DNA of 64,000 bases from Octopus vulgaris (GCA_951406725.2 OX597818.1:44268001-44332000); one strand, 5' to 3'. Positions 39,693 through 52,727 are shown, counted from the stretch's first letter. Translations and numbers: made by a program. Notes: generated by a model from the letters alone, not told the origin.

Positions 39693-39873
39693 CATATATA
39701 CATATATATGACGGGCTTCTTTCAGTTTCCGTCTACCAAATCCACTCACAAGGCTTTGGTTGGCCCGAGGCTATAGTATAAGACACTTGCCCAAGGTGCC
39801 ACACAGTGGGACTGAACCCGGAGCCATGTGGTTGGTAAACAAGCTACTTACTACACAGCCACTCCTGCACCTA
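37627..39873 (-). mobile_element. cluster of four co-oriented SINE A copies (37627-38048, 38555-38978, 39060-39416, 39495-39873)
   Basis: Each copy matches the family A head and tail. Confidence 0.88.
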
Positions 39874-41333
39874 TGTTTATTAAAAATACCCAGCTGTCCT
39901 CTATAAAACAGTTCTTTTTCTTCTGTCTCCTATTATAAGAAACACCACCTAGTGATGTTTGGAAGTTTCACCTAACAGAAATATCTTTTAACTTACATCC
40001 ATCTTAGTTCTCCTTTGTGTCGTACTTCTAAGCCTGTTTTATTATAACATAAACTATTAACCTATGCTGAGAGTTGCATTGTTAACCAGGATAAATTTTG
40101 TGTTACCAAATATCTGATGTGACTAGAATAAATTCTTTAAGTAACCTAAAGAAATCAATGAATAAGAATTAGAAAGGTGTGAAATAATCCTTATGCAAGA
40201 AAATGTTGTGCTGTTCGAATCAACATCACAGTAATTTAGATTACATAATTTTCACCTAGGAGTCAGATATTTTATTGAATCAGAATAATTCATACAAATA
40301 ATTTTAATTTGATAGACAGCAATCTTATTTTCCTTCAGTGATTGCTCACTAACAGAAATCTTCTGTGAATGTGATGAAAATTAACTCAAGAAAAAAAAAT
40401 AAAGAAAAAAGATGGAATGAATGAATGAATCAAAGAACACTTTCAATATTCACGTTTTCCTCTGAACCAAATAATTTGTTGTGAGAGAAGCAGCTGCCAA
40501 GAAATGACTTGAGAACAATCCATTGGATGTGCAACATTTGCATCAATGGCAACAGAAACCATGTTTTTTTTTTTTGTCTGGAGGAGGGACAGCATCTATA
40601 GGTTTTCAGGCATAATTTCTATACACTTATTTTAGTGTGTGTATGTGGAGTTTTTGGCTTATGTTTGAGATCAGATAGAGACAGTAATTCTAAGATGTTG
40701 TTGTAGTGTTCTGGAGCATTAGTGATGAATTTGGCAGTTGTGTATGGCTCAGTGTGCAATTGCGAAAGAAGGAAATGGTTGAAGAAGATTTTAGTCATGA
40801 ACCATGCTACACAAGTATCTAAATTATTTTTCACTTTCATTACTTTAATTTATTGAGTCAGTAATTTTTTATTTTTTAAATTTTATCTAGTTCCAGCTCA
40901 TGAGCTGTGGCCATGCTGGGGCATATGGATATAGTATGTATAAAGTATTCTTTTATAGAATTTATAAAACAGTGATTTATAGACTGGAGTTCTAAGCAGG
41001 GCTGCTACAGCCTTTGATAGATCTGGCATACTTTACATCATTTTACTTGAGTGGACTTAGTAGATGGAAACTGAATGAAGTCCATTCTTTGTGATAATTT
41101 TAAATGAGTGACACCATCATATAAGGATGTTGTTTGTTTCCAGTCTTTCATGAAAAACACGTCTGGCTATGAGCATATATTTACCTTGCTTGGAAATGGA
41201 ACCTGGCTGTAGAAAACTTGCTTCTGTAGATTCTGTTTCTATGCAAGCATGGTAAAAGTGGATGCTAAAAGGCTGAGTTTCTATCATGTGTTTATCAGAT
41301 AGTGTCATCTATGCATTTTATTTTTAAAGAAAA

Positions 41334-41717
41334 CTAGCAGTATTGCCCGGCGTTGCTCGGGTTTGTAAGGGAAATAACTATATAAGCATTTTTAGAGATG
41401 TAAAGTATAATAGCCATCTCAATATGGCTAACCACAAAGAGGGGAGGTGTTACTGTAGCTTTTTACGTTCTGAGATTTAATAATAAATTTTTAGAGAGTT
41501 ACTTCCCTTATATATGCCAAAAATGCATTAAAAATGGAAAAAAATGATGGTAAATTTTTTTTTAAATCGTAGACGCGCGCTAATACCCAGAAGGGCTCGA
41601 TATGAATCACGACTATAAGATACCCGGTTTTAGTTAAACTGCACTGCAAAATGTGGGAGTAGTTAGGAATCTAAATCGTAGGAGACAGACACACAACTTG
41701 ACTTTTATATATAAAGA
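41334..41717 (-). mobile_element. non-autonomous Helitron with nested insert at 41399-41486
   Basis: Reverse complement reads A|TCTTTATATATAAAAG...cccgagcaacgccggg-caatactg-CTAG|T. Ends resemble those of 23058-23451. Confidence 0.85.
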
Positions 41718-43554
41718 TATCATTTAGGTAATTCAGTGTAAAGGGTGGTACTCTTTTATATCCAGTCTTATATGAAGTCCTTGTTAACCATAGCTTAAAG
41801 ATCCAATATTCTAAGTCATACACACAACAGCTGTGTCTGGAAATTTATTGAAACCCTCAGGGATAAGTTTACAGATGTACTTCATTTATGTCAGCCTGAA
41901 AAAAGAATTTATGTAAAAATGATTTTGAACTGCCATTGTTCTGACCATGTTGACACACATACATGAATAATAGGGCTCATAAATAGATACAAATGGAATG
42001 TAGCCAACATTTTCTGAAGATTTGATACTTATTTCCAGCGATATATGAAGTGAGGTATGCAATATTAGTTCCTATCTTGCAATGAAACCAAATACCTGTA
42101 GAAGATTTGAAATCACAAATCACAAGCAGTTGCTCCAATGTGTTTTGATGTTGAGTCACTATCAACTAAAATATACTCTCATACTGACATCACATCCAAT
42201 CAGTGTTCTAAATTCAAACACCCATTTAACATAGTTATCACTTCTGCCACTACTATGAAATATAATCTAGATCATGTAGCTATTCACCAATGAAATTCCT
42301 TCTCTGATGGCCGTTCATTCATTACCAGCATACTGGCACAGATAATACTCTTTCACATAAATGATATCTATTACCTCTCCTCTTCACACACACACACACA
42401 CAGGCACAGACACACATACACACATGCACACGCACGTGCGTGCACACACACGTGCGTGCACACACACAATGTGTAACTGGAAACAGAAGTGAATAAGCAA
42501 TTCATGTCTAAAAATAAAATTATTTACTAAAAGCTACAGTTTCACTCGATCACTACTCCGAGTTTCATGCTAACTGATCTGTCAGACAACTGATGGAAAA
42601 TTGAAAGTGTTCACATGCTTTATCAATCAATTTCAGGGTTGAAATTGTCACTTAGCTTCTGAGTACAAAGCCACCTGCTTCAGCTGCTGTAATGTTATTG
42701 GCATACTGTTACTACTACTACTACATATGCTATGCTTAACAACTTGTTGTTGTTTAGCCCCAGAATAATCCTATGTTCTTGCATGGCTATCCTGTCTTTT
42801 TATATATCAAAAGTTACACTGTCCAATTTATCTTTTTTTTTTTGGTTAAAATGTTTGGGTGAAATTTGAGGAAGGATTCGCTTTTCGTTAGTTTCTCTCC
42901 TCTTTTGAAGGAATTAGTTTGTCTCCTCTTTTGACTTAGAATTAATTTGTCCACTATTGCTTAGCTTTGATGATGATGATGACATAGAATAAAACATCAG
43001 TAATATTAATATGCCAATTTGATTTTTGTACGTACCTGACACGTGTGTTACATTGAAGAGAAAGAAATTGTTGAAAGAAATTTTGTTCCTTAAATAAAAT
43101 TTTTTAACTAGATCTCTTGTAATTTCTGGAAGAGATTTGAAACCCCCACCTATGTGTGATATCACTACTTCTCAATACCCACCAAAGCAACTTGGCCACC
43201 AAAGCAACAACGATCTTAATGAGAAAATTAAGGTACTTAAATGTTGAGCAAGGGAGAGAGGAAGTGAGAGAGAAAGAGAGAGAATGAGAGACGACAGCTT
43301 GAAACAGTCTTTTTGGAGTGGCTGATTATTTGACTTCCTTTCTACGATTGAACTAAAATTGACCCCTGACCATTAACGGCCCAACAACACACACACATTT
43401 GTTTTAGGTCTTCTACCCATTTGAATTCGGTCATACACCAGATAATATGGTAAGTCTTATGTTCTGAAATTTAAAATTTGAATTTGTTTTAATTAAAAAA
43501 ATTACACTTCAGCTAAAAAAAAACCATCTTTTGGCTTTCAAATATAACCTTTTC

Positions 43555-44057
43555 TTTCTCTTTCTATATATTTTTTGTTAAGTTACAATTTCTCTGTTTT
43601 GGTCAGGATTTTTACAATTTCTTTTTCCTGGTATCAAGTAATGGACGAAAGCATTTAAAAAAAATTAGATTCATTGAGCCAAACAAAATCAAAAATATTA
43701 ATTCTATTCTTTCCTTAATACTAATAGGAGCATAGTATGAGATAGAATTAGCGGTTATTTTTGGCAAATTAAACAATAATACAGAGTTGTTCAATTAGTG
43801 CATTTCTTGATGTTTATAAATAATCAAAAACTAAGACACGCACACACATATATGAATGTATGTGTGTGATAATAAGTGTTGCATGGTGGAAATAAACACA
43901 ACTTTCTCTTCCTATATTTTTTATTTTGTTAGAATTTTTTTGTTTTGGTCAGGATTTTTCCAATTTCATTTTTCTTGTATCAATCAATTGATGAAAACAT
44001 AAAAAAAAAAAAATTAAACTCATAGAGCCGAACAAAATCAAAAATATTAATTCTATT
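43555..44057. repeat. diverged ~150-bp direct repeat pair (43555-43708 and 43905-44057)
   Basis: Both contain tgttttggtcaggattttt and aacaaaatcaaaaatattaattctatt. Confidence 0.8.
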
Positions 44058-44779
44058 TTTTTTCCATTACTTTTTACTTTCCTACAATATAATTAATTAC
44101 CATATTCTATATACTGTCTCCTTGCATATTAGGTAAGTATTTTAGAAATATTTTCACCTTTTAAACAAAAACTGTCTAATACATTCATATATGTTTTCAA
44201 TTGAAACACACTGATTCATTTTGGAGATTTATTGTTTTAATAACAAGTTTTAAAATATGAATAATCACATGAGGGACATAGCATGAATGCGTCAGTGTAG
44301 AAGGAGACAACGGTTGTGTGAGGAACAGTGGGAGGAAATAAGGAATCAAAATCGCATGAGTATGAGACAGAGAAGAAAAGAAATAAGTCAAGAGGAGAGG
44401 GAGTGTATCCTACAGCATAGGTGGGAAAAATATCAGCAAAGGATAGAACAAATGAGCCAGGACTAAAGAGAAGTGTATTTTCGAAATAAGAGAGATGGAG
44501 ATCAACAGTATTGAGAACACATGAGTCAAGAGCAAAGGCAGCTGTACTTAGAAAATATGAGAAACAGAGTTCAAGAAAGAAGGGAACATAGGGATGAAGT
44601 TGAAAGGTAGAATTACAGAATTCAAGAAAGAAAGAAAAATATGGAAGATGAAACAGAATTATTTTATTTCAGAGTTCAAATAAGAAGATGGAATATTAAA
44701 AAGAACAACAAAATTCTCAATTTATGACTTGTGAGATGAACGTAGTATGCTTGTACTGACATGAACATAGATTTCTGCA

Positions 44780-44975
44780 GGAAGCATTTAATTGCTGCTA
44801 TAATGGTGAGGTTTCCTTGCCTAATCTACAAGAATATCCTGACGAATTAAAACAACTTTTGGAGACTATCGACATTGAAAGAATGAACTTTAGACGGAAC
44901 ATCAGAAACTATAACTCAATGTATTCATTTGCTTCATTTGGAATCAATGTTACACCACCCCCTGGTCATGGCCCT
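44780..44975 (+). pseudogene. Helitron RepHel N-terminal fragment
   Basis: CCYNGEVSLPNLQEYPDELKQLL...FRRNIRNYNSMYSFASFG...PPGHGP, typical of the region upstream of the Rep domain. Cut by a SINE. Confidence 0.8.
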
Positions 44976-44986
44976 GTCGCAATATA

Positions 44987-45204
44987 TATTTCTACTATAG
45001 GCACAAGTCCTGAAATTTTTTGGGAGGGGGGGCATTCAATTAGATCGTCCCCAGTATGTAACTGGTACTTGATGTATCGACCCTAAAAAGATGAAAGGCA
45101 AAGATGACCTTGGCAGAATTTGAACGCCCAATGTAAAGGCAGATTAAATACCACTAAGCATTTCTCCCAGCGAGCGAACGATCCTGCCAGCTCACCACCT
45201 TTAA
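44987..45204 (-). mobile_element. SINE family C inserted in the Helitron remnant
   Basis: TSD ctgtc(g/a)caatata at 44974-44986 and 45205-45217. Other C copies at about 2577-2790, 5575-5775, 18945-19113 and 31125-31349. Confidence 0.85.
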
Positions 45205-45374
45205 CTGTCACAATATAGAAACATTTCTCATGGCACCACCACACAGTTTACAGATGCGTACATTTTTATATTTTCTGTGAATTTTTCATGGATCCATCTA
45301 GTATGTACTAAAATACCTATGTGTATAAAAATTTATCTCAATTAACTAGATGCTATATAACTTTAGAAAGTTTT

Positions 45375-45650
45375 CGTTTTGGGATTTGGTTTGCAAGATT
45401 CTTTATATGAGTTTGTGTGTTGAAGCATATTCTGTTGTGTCTGGGGAGAGTCATTTTCTTTTTGTGCCTTATTATGTAACACACTCACCGGTAAAATTTC
45501 TACTTTTTCCTTTTTTCTTTATTATAATTTTTATTTTTATATTTTTATTTTTATTATTTTTAAAAATAAGAAAAAAGTGGAAATTTTACCGGTGAGTGTG
45601 TTACATAATAAGGCACAAAAAGAAAATGACTCTCCCCAGACACAACAGAA
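45375..45650. mobile_element. non-coding insertion with terminal inversion and 13-bp TSD
   Basis: TSD tttagaaagtttt at 45362-45374 and 45651-45663. About 45429-45515 is inverted at about 45565-45651. Confidence 0.8.
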
Positions 45651-45669
45651 TTTAGAAAGTTTTAATATG

Positions 45670-46110
45670 AGTAAAATGTTAGTGCACACAACTTCAATGA
45701 TGGTTTTGACATTGTCACTCTGCAAGCAGCGCTCACTGTAACTTTTGACAGAGCAACATACAATATTTCCTGTCAATTAAAATAGATCAATCATGGAGGA
45801 AAGACATATTTTGCTCAATGACTGAATTTAAGACTATTATTGCTAAAGCTGTAATCGTACAAGGCAGATGAATGGCAGAGTGGTGTCAGAAGGTCTCAGT
45901 TTAATGACATGTTTTCCATAATGTTCACCACTTGTGACAATGTTGCTTTCTATAATGTGTTCATGTATTATGGGAATTTTTATTCCATTGCATAATGGTC
46001 CATTAGCCTTATTTGAATTTCTCAATGGCATTACAGCATGCTACTTTTTCAAAGTCTAATCAACAAGGAGAGGGTCCACCAAAGTTACAGCTAATTAGGA
46101 ACTTCAGTGG
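45670..46110 (-). pseudogene. Helitron PIF1-type helicase C-terminal fragment
   Basis: MPLRN...LCNG...HEHIIESNIVTSG..GKHV..KLRPSDTTLPF, followed by LYVALSKV (compare PIF1 LYVALSR). Contains stops and frameshifts. Confidence 0.8.
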
Positions 46111-46383
46111 ATCAATAGACAGATTGTCTTAATTGCTGTACAGGCATGACAATGTAGTTAAAAAAGTTCATTTTATAACTACATGGTTTTGGGTTCAGTC
46201 CCACTGTGTGACATCTTGAGTAACTGTCTTCTAATATAGCCCAAGCCAACTAATGATTTGTAAGTGAATTTGATAGATGGAAAATATGTGGAAGCCCATT
46301 GTGTGTGTGTATATATACATATATATATATTTATATATATATAAGTCAGGGAAAAGATGCACTCATATATGTCAGTTGAGTGG

Positions 46384-46424
<41 letters not shown>

Positions 46425-46425
<1 letters not shown>

Positions 46426-46875
46426 TGTGCTGGTGGCATGTAAAAAGCACCAACTGATCATGGCCGTTTCCAGCCTCCCCTGGCACCTGTGCCAGTGGCA
46501 CGTAAAAAGCACCCACTACACTCACAGAGTGGTTGGCATTAGGAAGGGTATCCAGCTGTAGAAACACTGCCAGATCAGACTGGAGCCTGGTGCAGCCTCC
46601 TGGCTTCTCAGACCCCTGGTTGAACCGTCCAACCCATGCTAGCACGGAAAACTGATGTTAAACGATGATGATGATATATAATATCATTGTCATCATCATC
46701 GTTTAACGTCTGCTTTCCATGCTGGCATGGGTTGCATGGTTTGACTGAGGACCGGCAAGGAAGGAGGCTGCGCCAGGCTCCAATCTGATCTGACAAGGTT
46801 TCTACAGCTAGATGCCCTTCCTGACGCCAACCACTCCGAGAGTGCAGTACGTGCTTTTGACGTGCTACCAGCACG
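46425..46875. mobile_element. two SINE B copies in inverted tail-to-tail arrangement (46425-46672 on +, 46690-46875 on -)
   Basis: Reciprocal reverse-complement similarity, with the (GAT)n and (CAT)n tails about 15 bp apart. Confidence 0.85.
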
Positions 46876-46894
46876 TAATATGATATATATATAT

Positions 46895-46949
<55 letters not shown>

Positions 46950-47570
46950 CTTTGTTTTTGTGCCTGTCTCTCCAAAAGAGATTTATAGAATAAGTACCAG
47001 ACTTTAAAAAATTAAAGTCACTTTGTTTGATTAAACCCTTTGAAACACTGCTCCAGTATTAGTGTGATCCAATGACTGAAACAAATAAAAAAAAAAGAAG
47101 AAATATTGCAGGAATCAGCACTTTTATAAATTACTGTTTCTCCATAAAAAATGTTGATTTCCTCATTTGCAGAAGTTAGGTTCTCCAATAAAAAAACAAC
47201 AACAACAACAAAAAAAAAAACAAAAAAAAACAAAACAGAAGTACAATACACCAAAGCTTTCAAATATATTGAAAAAGCAGTGCTGCATTACTTTCTGCAT
47301 CTGTTTTGCAAGAACCACATAAACTGCATGTATTTTTCTTTTTTAAGCTGGAAGGAAACAACTGAAAAAATAATGAGATGATCTATAATAGAAACTGCTT
47401 TCCCAAATCATTTTATAAAATGCTGTCACTAAAGACTATATCATTTCTGTTTGACATTAATCAACTTATATTTTGGTTATCTCCATGCTTTGACACTTAG
47501 AAATCATTTTCTTATATTCTAAATATCTTGGTTGTGTGTGCATGTGTGGGTGAAAGAGAGAGAGTGTGTG

Positions 47571-47626
<56 letters not shown>

Positions 47627-48370
47627 GAAAATTTTGCTTGAAATATCTGAGTATCATTTAATAAGACTTTGAATGTAAGTAAAAAAAAAAGTGATTGTTT
47701 TCAGAAACAGTTTTTTTTTAATAACAAGTACATTGATAAATCAAATAATGCAACAATTTATACTTTTAAATGTCAGGGGATTTAAAAATGGTTCAAATAT
47801 CAACATAATCAACTGAATAGAGTCTGAAATAAAAACATTTCTGAAAAAGCTCAGCAAAATGTCATATGCACATTGGAAAGTGATGAAATATTGTATATTC
47901 TCCTGCTGATGATAACAGTAACATGCATATGTATACTTTCTTTTTTTGGAAAATCTATATAATATTTGCACTTCAGTTCAATGCTCTAATAATGAAAATC
48001 TGATGAAGTTGTAGAAGGGAGATTTTGAAACGTAATCTGTATTATTAGATAATAAGTGAAAAAAGAAATCCTGAATGGCATAAAACTTGATTCTATTTTC
48101 CATTAAGAAAATTGGTGCTTAAAGGCTTGTTTACAAAAGGTAACTTTTATCCAGAAGAAATATTTCTTTGAGAAATAAAAACAAAAGTGTTCAGCTGTAA
48201 AACTGAAATAGTTTGGCAAGAAGCATTGAACTGTACAAACCAGAAGGATTGTCTTAAAGCCCGTAAAAAAAAAAATTACAGTGAATTGTTTTGTCACAAG
48301 GAGTGAGAAAAAAAAATATTTTGGATGTTTGTCCTTTTTTGGAGAGAGAAAGAACATAAAGGTTAATACC

Positions 48371-48609
48371 TATTTCTTTACTACCCACAAGGGGCTAAAC
48401 ACAGAGAGAACAAACAAGGACAGACAAAGTCTATTACATTGACCCCAGTGCGTAACTGGTACTTAATTTATCGACCCCGAAAAGATGACAGGCAAAATCG
48501 ACCTTGGTGGAATTTGAACTCAGAACATAGCGGTATATGAAATACCGCTAAGCATTTCGCCCAGCATGCTAACGATTCTGCCAGCTCGCTGTCTCTCATT
48601 CATCGTATT
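48371..48609 (-). mobile_element. SINE family C with 18-bp TSD
   Basis: TSD aacataaaggttaatacc at 48353-48370 and 48610-48627. Confidence 0.85.
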
Positions 48610-49322
48610 AACATAAAGGTTAATACCATGAATGCAGAAAGGCAAATGAGAAAAGTAGGAGGTGAAGGAGTAATATGGATTGGTTGGTGTAGGAAGGCCT
48701 GTGTAAGTAGTATGGAAGATAGTGGGTTGTAACAGAATGAAGTCCATTAAATGTCTCCAAAAGTTAGGCGATGATGTTAAGCTAAGGAACAGATTAACTC
48801 TGTTGAAGTACTGAAATGATACAAAGTATTTTTTTTTTAAAGCTTTCTTGAAAGATGACTCACTTTTTCCTGTGGACGATCGTAAAGTAGTTATATTTTA
48901 TTAATATATTTAGTAGACAGGCAATAAGCAGAGTAGATATAGCATCATGCAAAATGACTTGCTGTATCTACTGAGAATCTTTTTCCCCCTCTAAATTTTC
49001 TACTGAAATTAATTGTTCCATTTATTTTCCTGAGGGTCAATAAAACAAATACCAGTTGAACACTAGGATTAATGCAATTGAATTTCCTCTTCCCTACCCT
49101 AAAGTAATCAATAGAGCTGATCACTAGCTATTGGATATCTCTAATCACGGAAAGACGAAACAATTGACTCTATTTATATGCATGGTGTATATATAAATAA
49201 ATACTAACAGCAATTTCTTTATCAGTGATATATAAATATGATCCAAGGGTCCGAATGCAGGAAGTCTGTAAGCTTCAAGCAGTAGGTGACCAGTAGAGAG
49301 AACCAAAAGTGGACAGTATATT

Positions 49323-49678
49323 TCTCTTTTACTTGTTTCAGTCATTTGACTGTGGCCATGCTGGAGCACCACCTTTAGTTGAGCAAATCGACCCCAGGAC
49401 TTATTCTTTGTAAGCCTACTACTTATTCTATCGGTCTCTTTTGCCGAACTGCTAAGTTGCAGGGACAAACACTGACATACAAACATACACACAAACACAT
49501 ATATATATACATATATATGACAGGCTTCTTTCAGTTTCCGTCTACCAAATCCACTGACAAGGCTTTGGTCGGCCCGAGGCTATAGTAGAAGACACTTGCC
49601 CAAAGTGCCACACAGTGGGAATGAACCCGGAACCATGTGGTTGGTAAGCAAGCTACTTACCACACAGCCACTCCTGCG

Positions 49679-49681
<3 letters not shown>
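49323..49681 (-). mobile_element. SINE family A
   Basis: Match with an internal deletion. Confidence 0.88.
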
Positions 49682-49721
<40 letters not shown>

Positions 49722-50090
49722 TATATGATAAGATAAAATAAAATTTATTGGCATTGAGAGTTATACACTTTTTCCACTATCGAAGTTGCAAAGAGATTCA
49801 ATAAGCTGATAGATTCTGTACAGCTAGAATCACTGTAAGCAACTAATGCTGCTAAAAATATGAATAAAATTCCAAATTGAGGGAGTGGAAGAGGTAAAAT
49901 GTAAGATACTTGTTTCTTATACATATTCTGGATGTCACCTTATGCTAAAATGCTCATTGGATCTCTAAACTTACTTTCTTCCTTAAATTGTTTTTTTTTT
50001 AATTTAAAAAATTTTGTTGTGGCTCACTTATAAATTCTGTGGGGCATGTAAATTTCAGTATGGTACACATTGGACTTTCTTATGTCTCCT

Positions 50091-50125
50091 GTTTCTGAAG
50101 GAGAGCATTGCTTGAAATGTAAAAC
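50091..50125 (+). ncRNA. degenerate hammerhead motif
   Basis: gttt-CTGAAGg-agagc att gctt-GAAAtGTA-aaac. Stem I gttt/aaac. Same family as the minus-strand motif at 1072-1107. Confidence 0.45.
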
Positions 50126-50183
50126 ACCCTTTCTTTCCTTCCCTGAGCATTAATACTTTGCATGTACCATGTCCTCACAGCGT

Positions 50184-50367
50184 TGGCCAAGAATCATACT
50201 CGCTACACGACCACAGTACTTTTCAGGGCTAATTCAAGTCTGATCTAATTGCGATAACAGTCCTTTTTAGGACTATTCTTGGATTGGATCTAATTGCGAT
50301 AACCGTCCTTTTAAGGGCTACCCTCAGAGCAGACCAGAAGTAGTGGCCAAGAATCATACCCGCTACA
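50184..50367. repeat. satellite-like 160-bp unit with internal 45-bp-period repeat
   Basis: tggccaagaatcatac(t/c)cgctaca at 50184 and 50344, and gatctaattgcgataac(a/c)gtcctttt at 50242 and 50287. Confidence 0.8.
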
Positions 50368-50436
50368 TATAAATACACACACACACATGTATTTTGAGTT
50401 TTATTTTCTTGTTTGTTTTGCCAAATCTATCTATCA

Positions 50437-50487
<51 letters not shown>

Positions 50488-50591
50488 ACGGTAAGCTTTA
50501 TGAAAATAGACAAAAGACGAAGGCAGGTTTACGGAAATAAACAAAAGACGAAGGCAGGTGGAATACAAACAAACAATTGTATTAGTATATA

Positions 50592-50637
<46 letters not shown>

Positions 50638-51974
50638 TATATATATGTATGCAGTAATATAAGGATTATTTGTGAAAATAATAAAAAAAAATGAGATACT
50701 AAAACCATCTTTTATTCATTTATTGGTCTCAGTCATTAGAATGTAGCTATGCTGGGGCACTTTCTTCAACTAATTTAGCCAGTGACCTGATTATAATGGG
50801 AAGTAATGGGATGAAATAATAATATTTGAAAGACAGGATAGTTACTATTCAATATGTTCTAGACTCGAAAATGAATACGATATTTCTATTAGATGATAGG
50901 GACACTCAAAGAGTCAATTTATGTGTGGCTATATATATGACCATGTTTAAAGAAATATTTATCAAAACAAATTAAAGCTGAACAACAAATGCAAGTTAGT
51001 GAAGCATATAATAAAGCCAAAAGCCTTTTGAGCTATTCCAAAGACTAAAAATACTAAATTGAATTATTGAAGCTAAAATTAAGTTCCTGTTATTAAGTAA
51101 AGCAAAATGCATTTCTAGCTCACAATAGAAAGCCAAAATAGAACATTTTAGATAGAAAAGATATATCAAGTGAAAAATTATAGTAATAAGCATTAATTTT
51201 TTATATATAGGAAAAGTGTTAAAGCTGCTTTTTGCATATATAATATTAATTTATGAGCAAATCATTGATTTCTTGTAAGATGTGTAATTTTGGTAAGGAG
51301 ATACAACTGCAGAAGATAAAACCATTTGTTAGAATAGAAATTTAATATTTCAGATTTCAACAATGAAGTTGTTTCTGAAATATTATCTTTAAATTATGTT
51401 AATAAACAACATATCATTCTGACGTGTTACCCTAGAGAATCTTTCAGTTTATGTTTCAAATTGGGCTATTTTTCGGTCAACTTTCTTGGGAAAAAGATGA
51501 CAATCCATCTAAATATAGTACATAATTAAATGTACAAATTCCACATAGCTAAAATATATTCATTCATACTAATTTTCTAAGCAAAATACAATTTTATGTC
51601 ATTTAGTTATATAAACAAATTTTTAATTCTAAAATAACAGCATGTTAAATAAAAGGAGAAAATAATTCACTGGATTTTGCATAGTATCCAGTTTAGAAAA
51701 AAGAAAATCAAAGAAAAGGAAGTGCCTTTTAAATTTTTATGTTGTAACTTCAGATATTTATATAATTCAAGAGCAAATAAACTGAGCTCCTATAATGTAA
51801 ACAAATAAAAATCTGTGACTGAAATTAATCTTCGCAATTATTTTTCTATGATGCAATCCAAATATTTGTGATTTTTATTTAAATATAAATGAATTACCAA
51901 ATATTTGCATTTTTATTAAAATATAAATGAATTACCTGCAAAGATTTTCAACATGAAAAAGAAAGGCGTTAGTT

Positions 51975-52453
51975 TATTTCTTTTTAACTTGTTTCAGACG
52001 TTAGATTGTGGCCATGCTGGGGTACCACCATGAAGACTTTTTTTGTCAAATGAAAAGATTGCAGGATTTTTTTTTAAGCCTGGTACTTATTTTATCAGTT
52101 TCTTTTGCTGAACCACTAAGTTATGGGGATGTAAACACCAACACTGATTGTTCAGCAATGGTGGTGGTGGGGGACAAACACATGCAAAAGACACATACAT
52201 ATAAAAATCGTTGCTATTATGTTAAACTGTCATATGTCCAAATTTGGGCAAATGCGTTTTTTACAATATTTATTTTTGCTTGCAATAGTCGGTTCTTTTG
52301 GTCAAACTATTGTATCTCCAGCTGCTTCAGATGTCAAAATATCAAAATTGTCCAAATGTAGTACAATGGTTTTGCTATGGAATGCTGAAACTATTTTTTT
52401 CATTTTCTGAAAAAGAAACATCTTGGACTTATGACACTTTTGCATAATAGCAA

Positions 52454-52522
<69 letters not shown>

Positions 52523-52660
52523 CTTCTGCCTACCAAATCCACTCACAAGGCTTTGGTTGGCCCAAGGCTATAGTAGAAGACATTTGCCCAAGGTGCCATG
52601 CAGTGGAATTGAACCAGGAACCATGTGGTTGAGAAGTAAGCTTTTTATCAAACACCCACA
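51975..52660 (-). mobile_element. SINE family A pieces (51975-52205 and 52520-52660)
   Basis: The 3' and 5' halves are separated by unrelated sequence and (TA)n. Confidence 0.7.
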
Positions 52661-52727
52661 CTGTGTGGTAATTCTGTAATAGAAATAAGCCACAATGGTC
52701 ATCATTTATTTGTGTACCTCAAACTAA

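Noticed and set aside
40531-40553. Octamer ATTTGCAT next to an RFX-like half-site atggcaac
   Set aside because: Short motifs expected by chance in 64 kb, with no conservation evidence available.
41963-42071. Possible minus-strand exon or alternative first exon ending at donor gtatgt
   Set aside because: Two competing frames, a weak acceptor, no recognisable homology and a phase that does not clearly fit. Needs RNA-seq.
50184-50367. 24-26 bp direct repeats superficially like a CRISPR array
   Set aside because: Only two copies of each repeat, irregular spacing, eukaryotic context and no cas genes.
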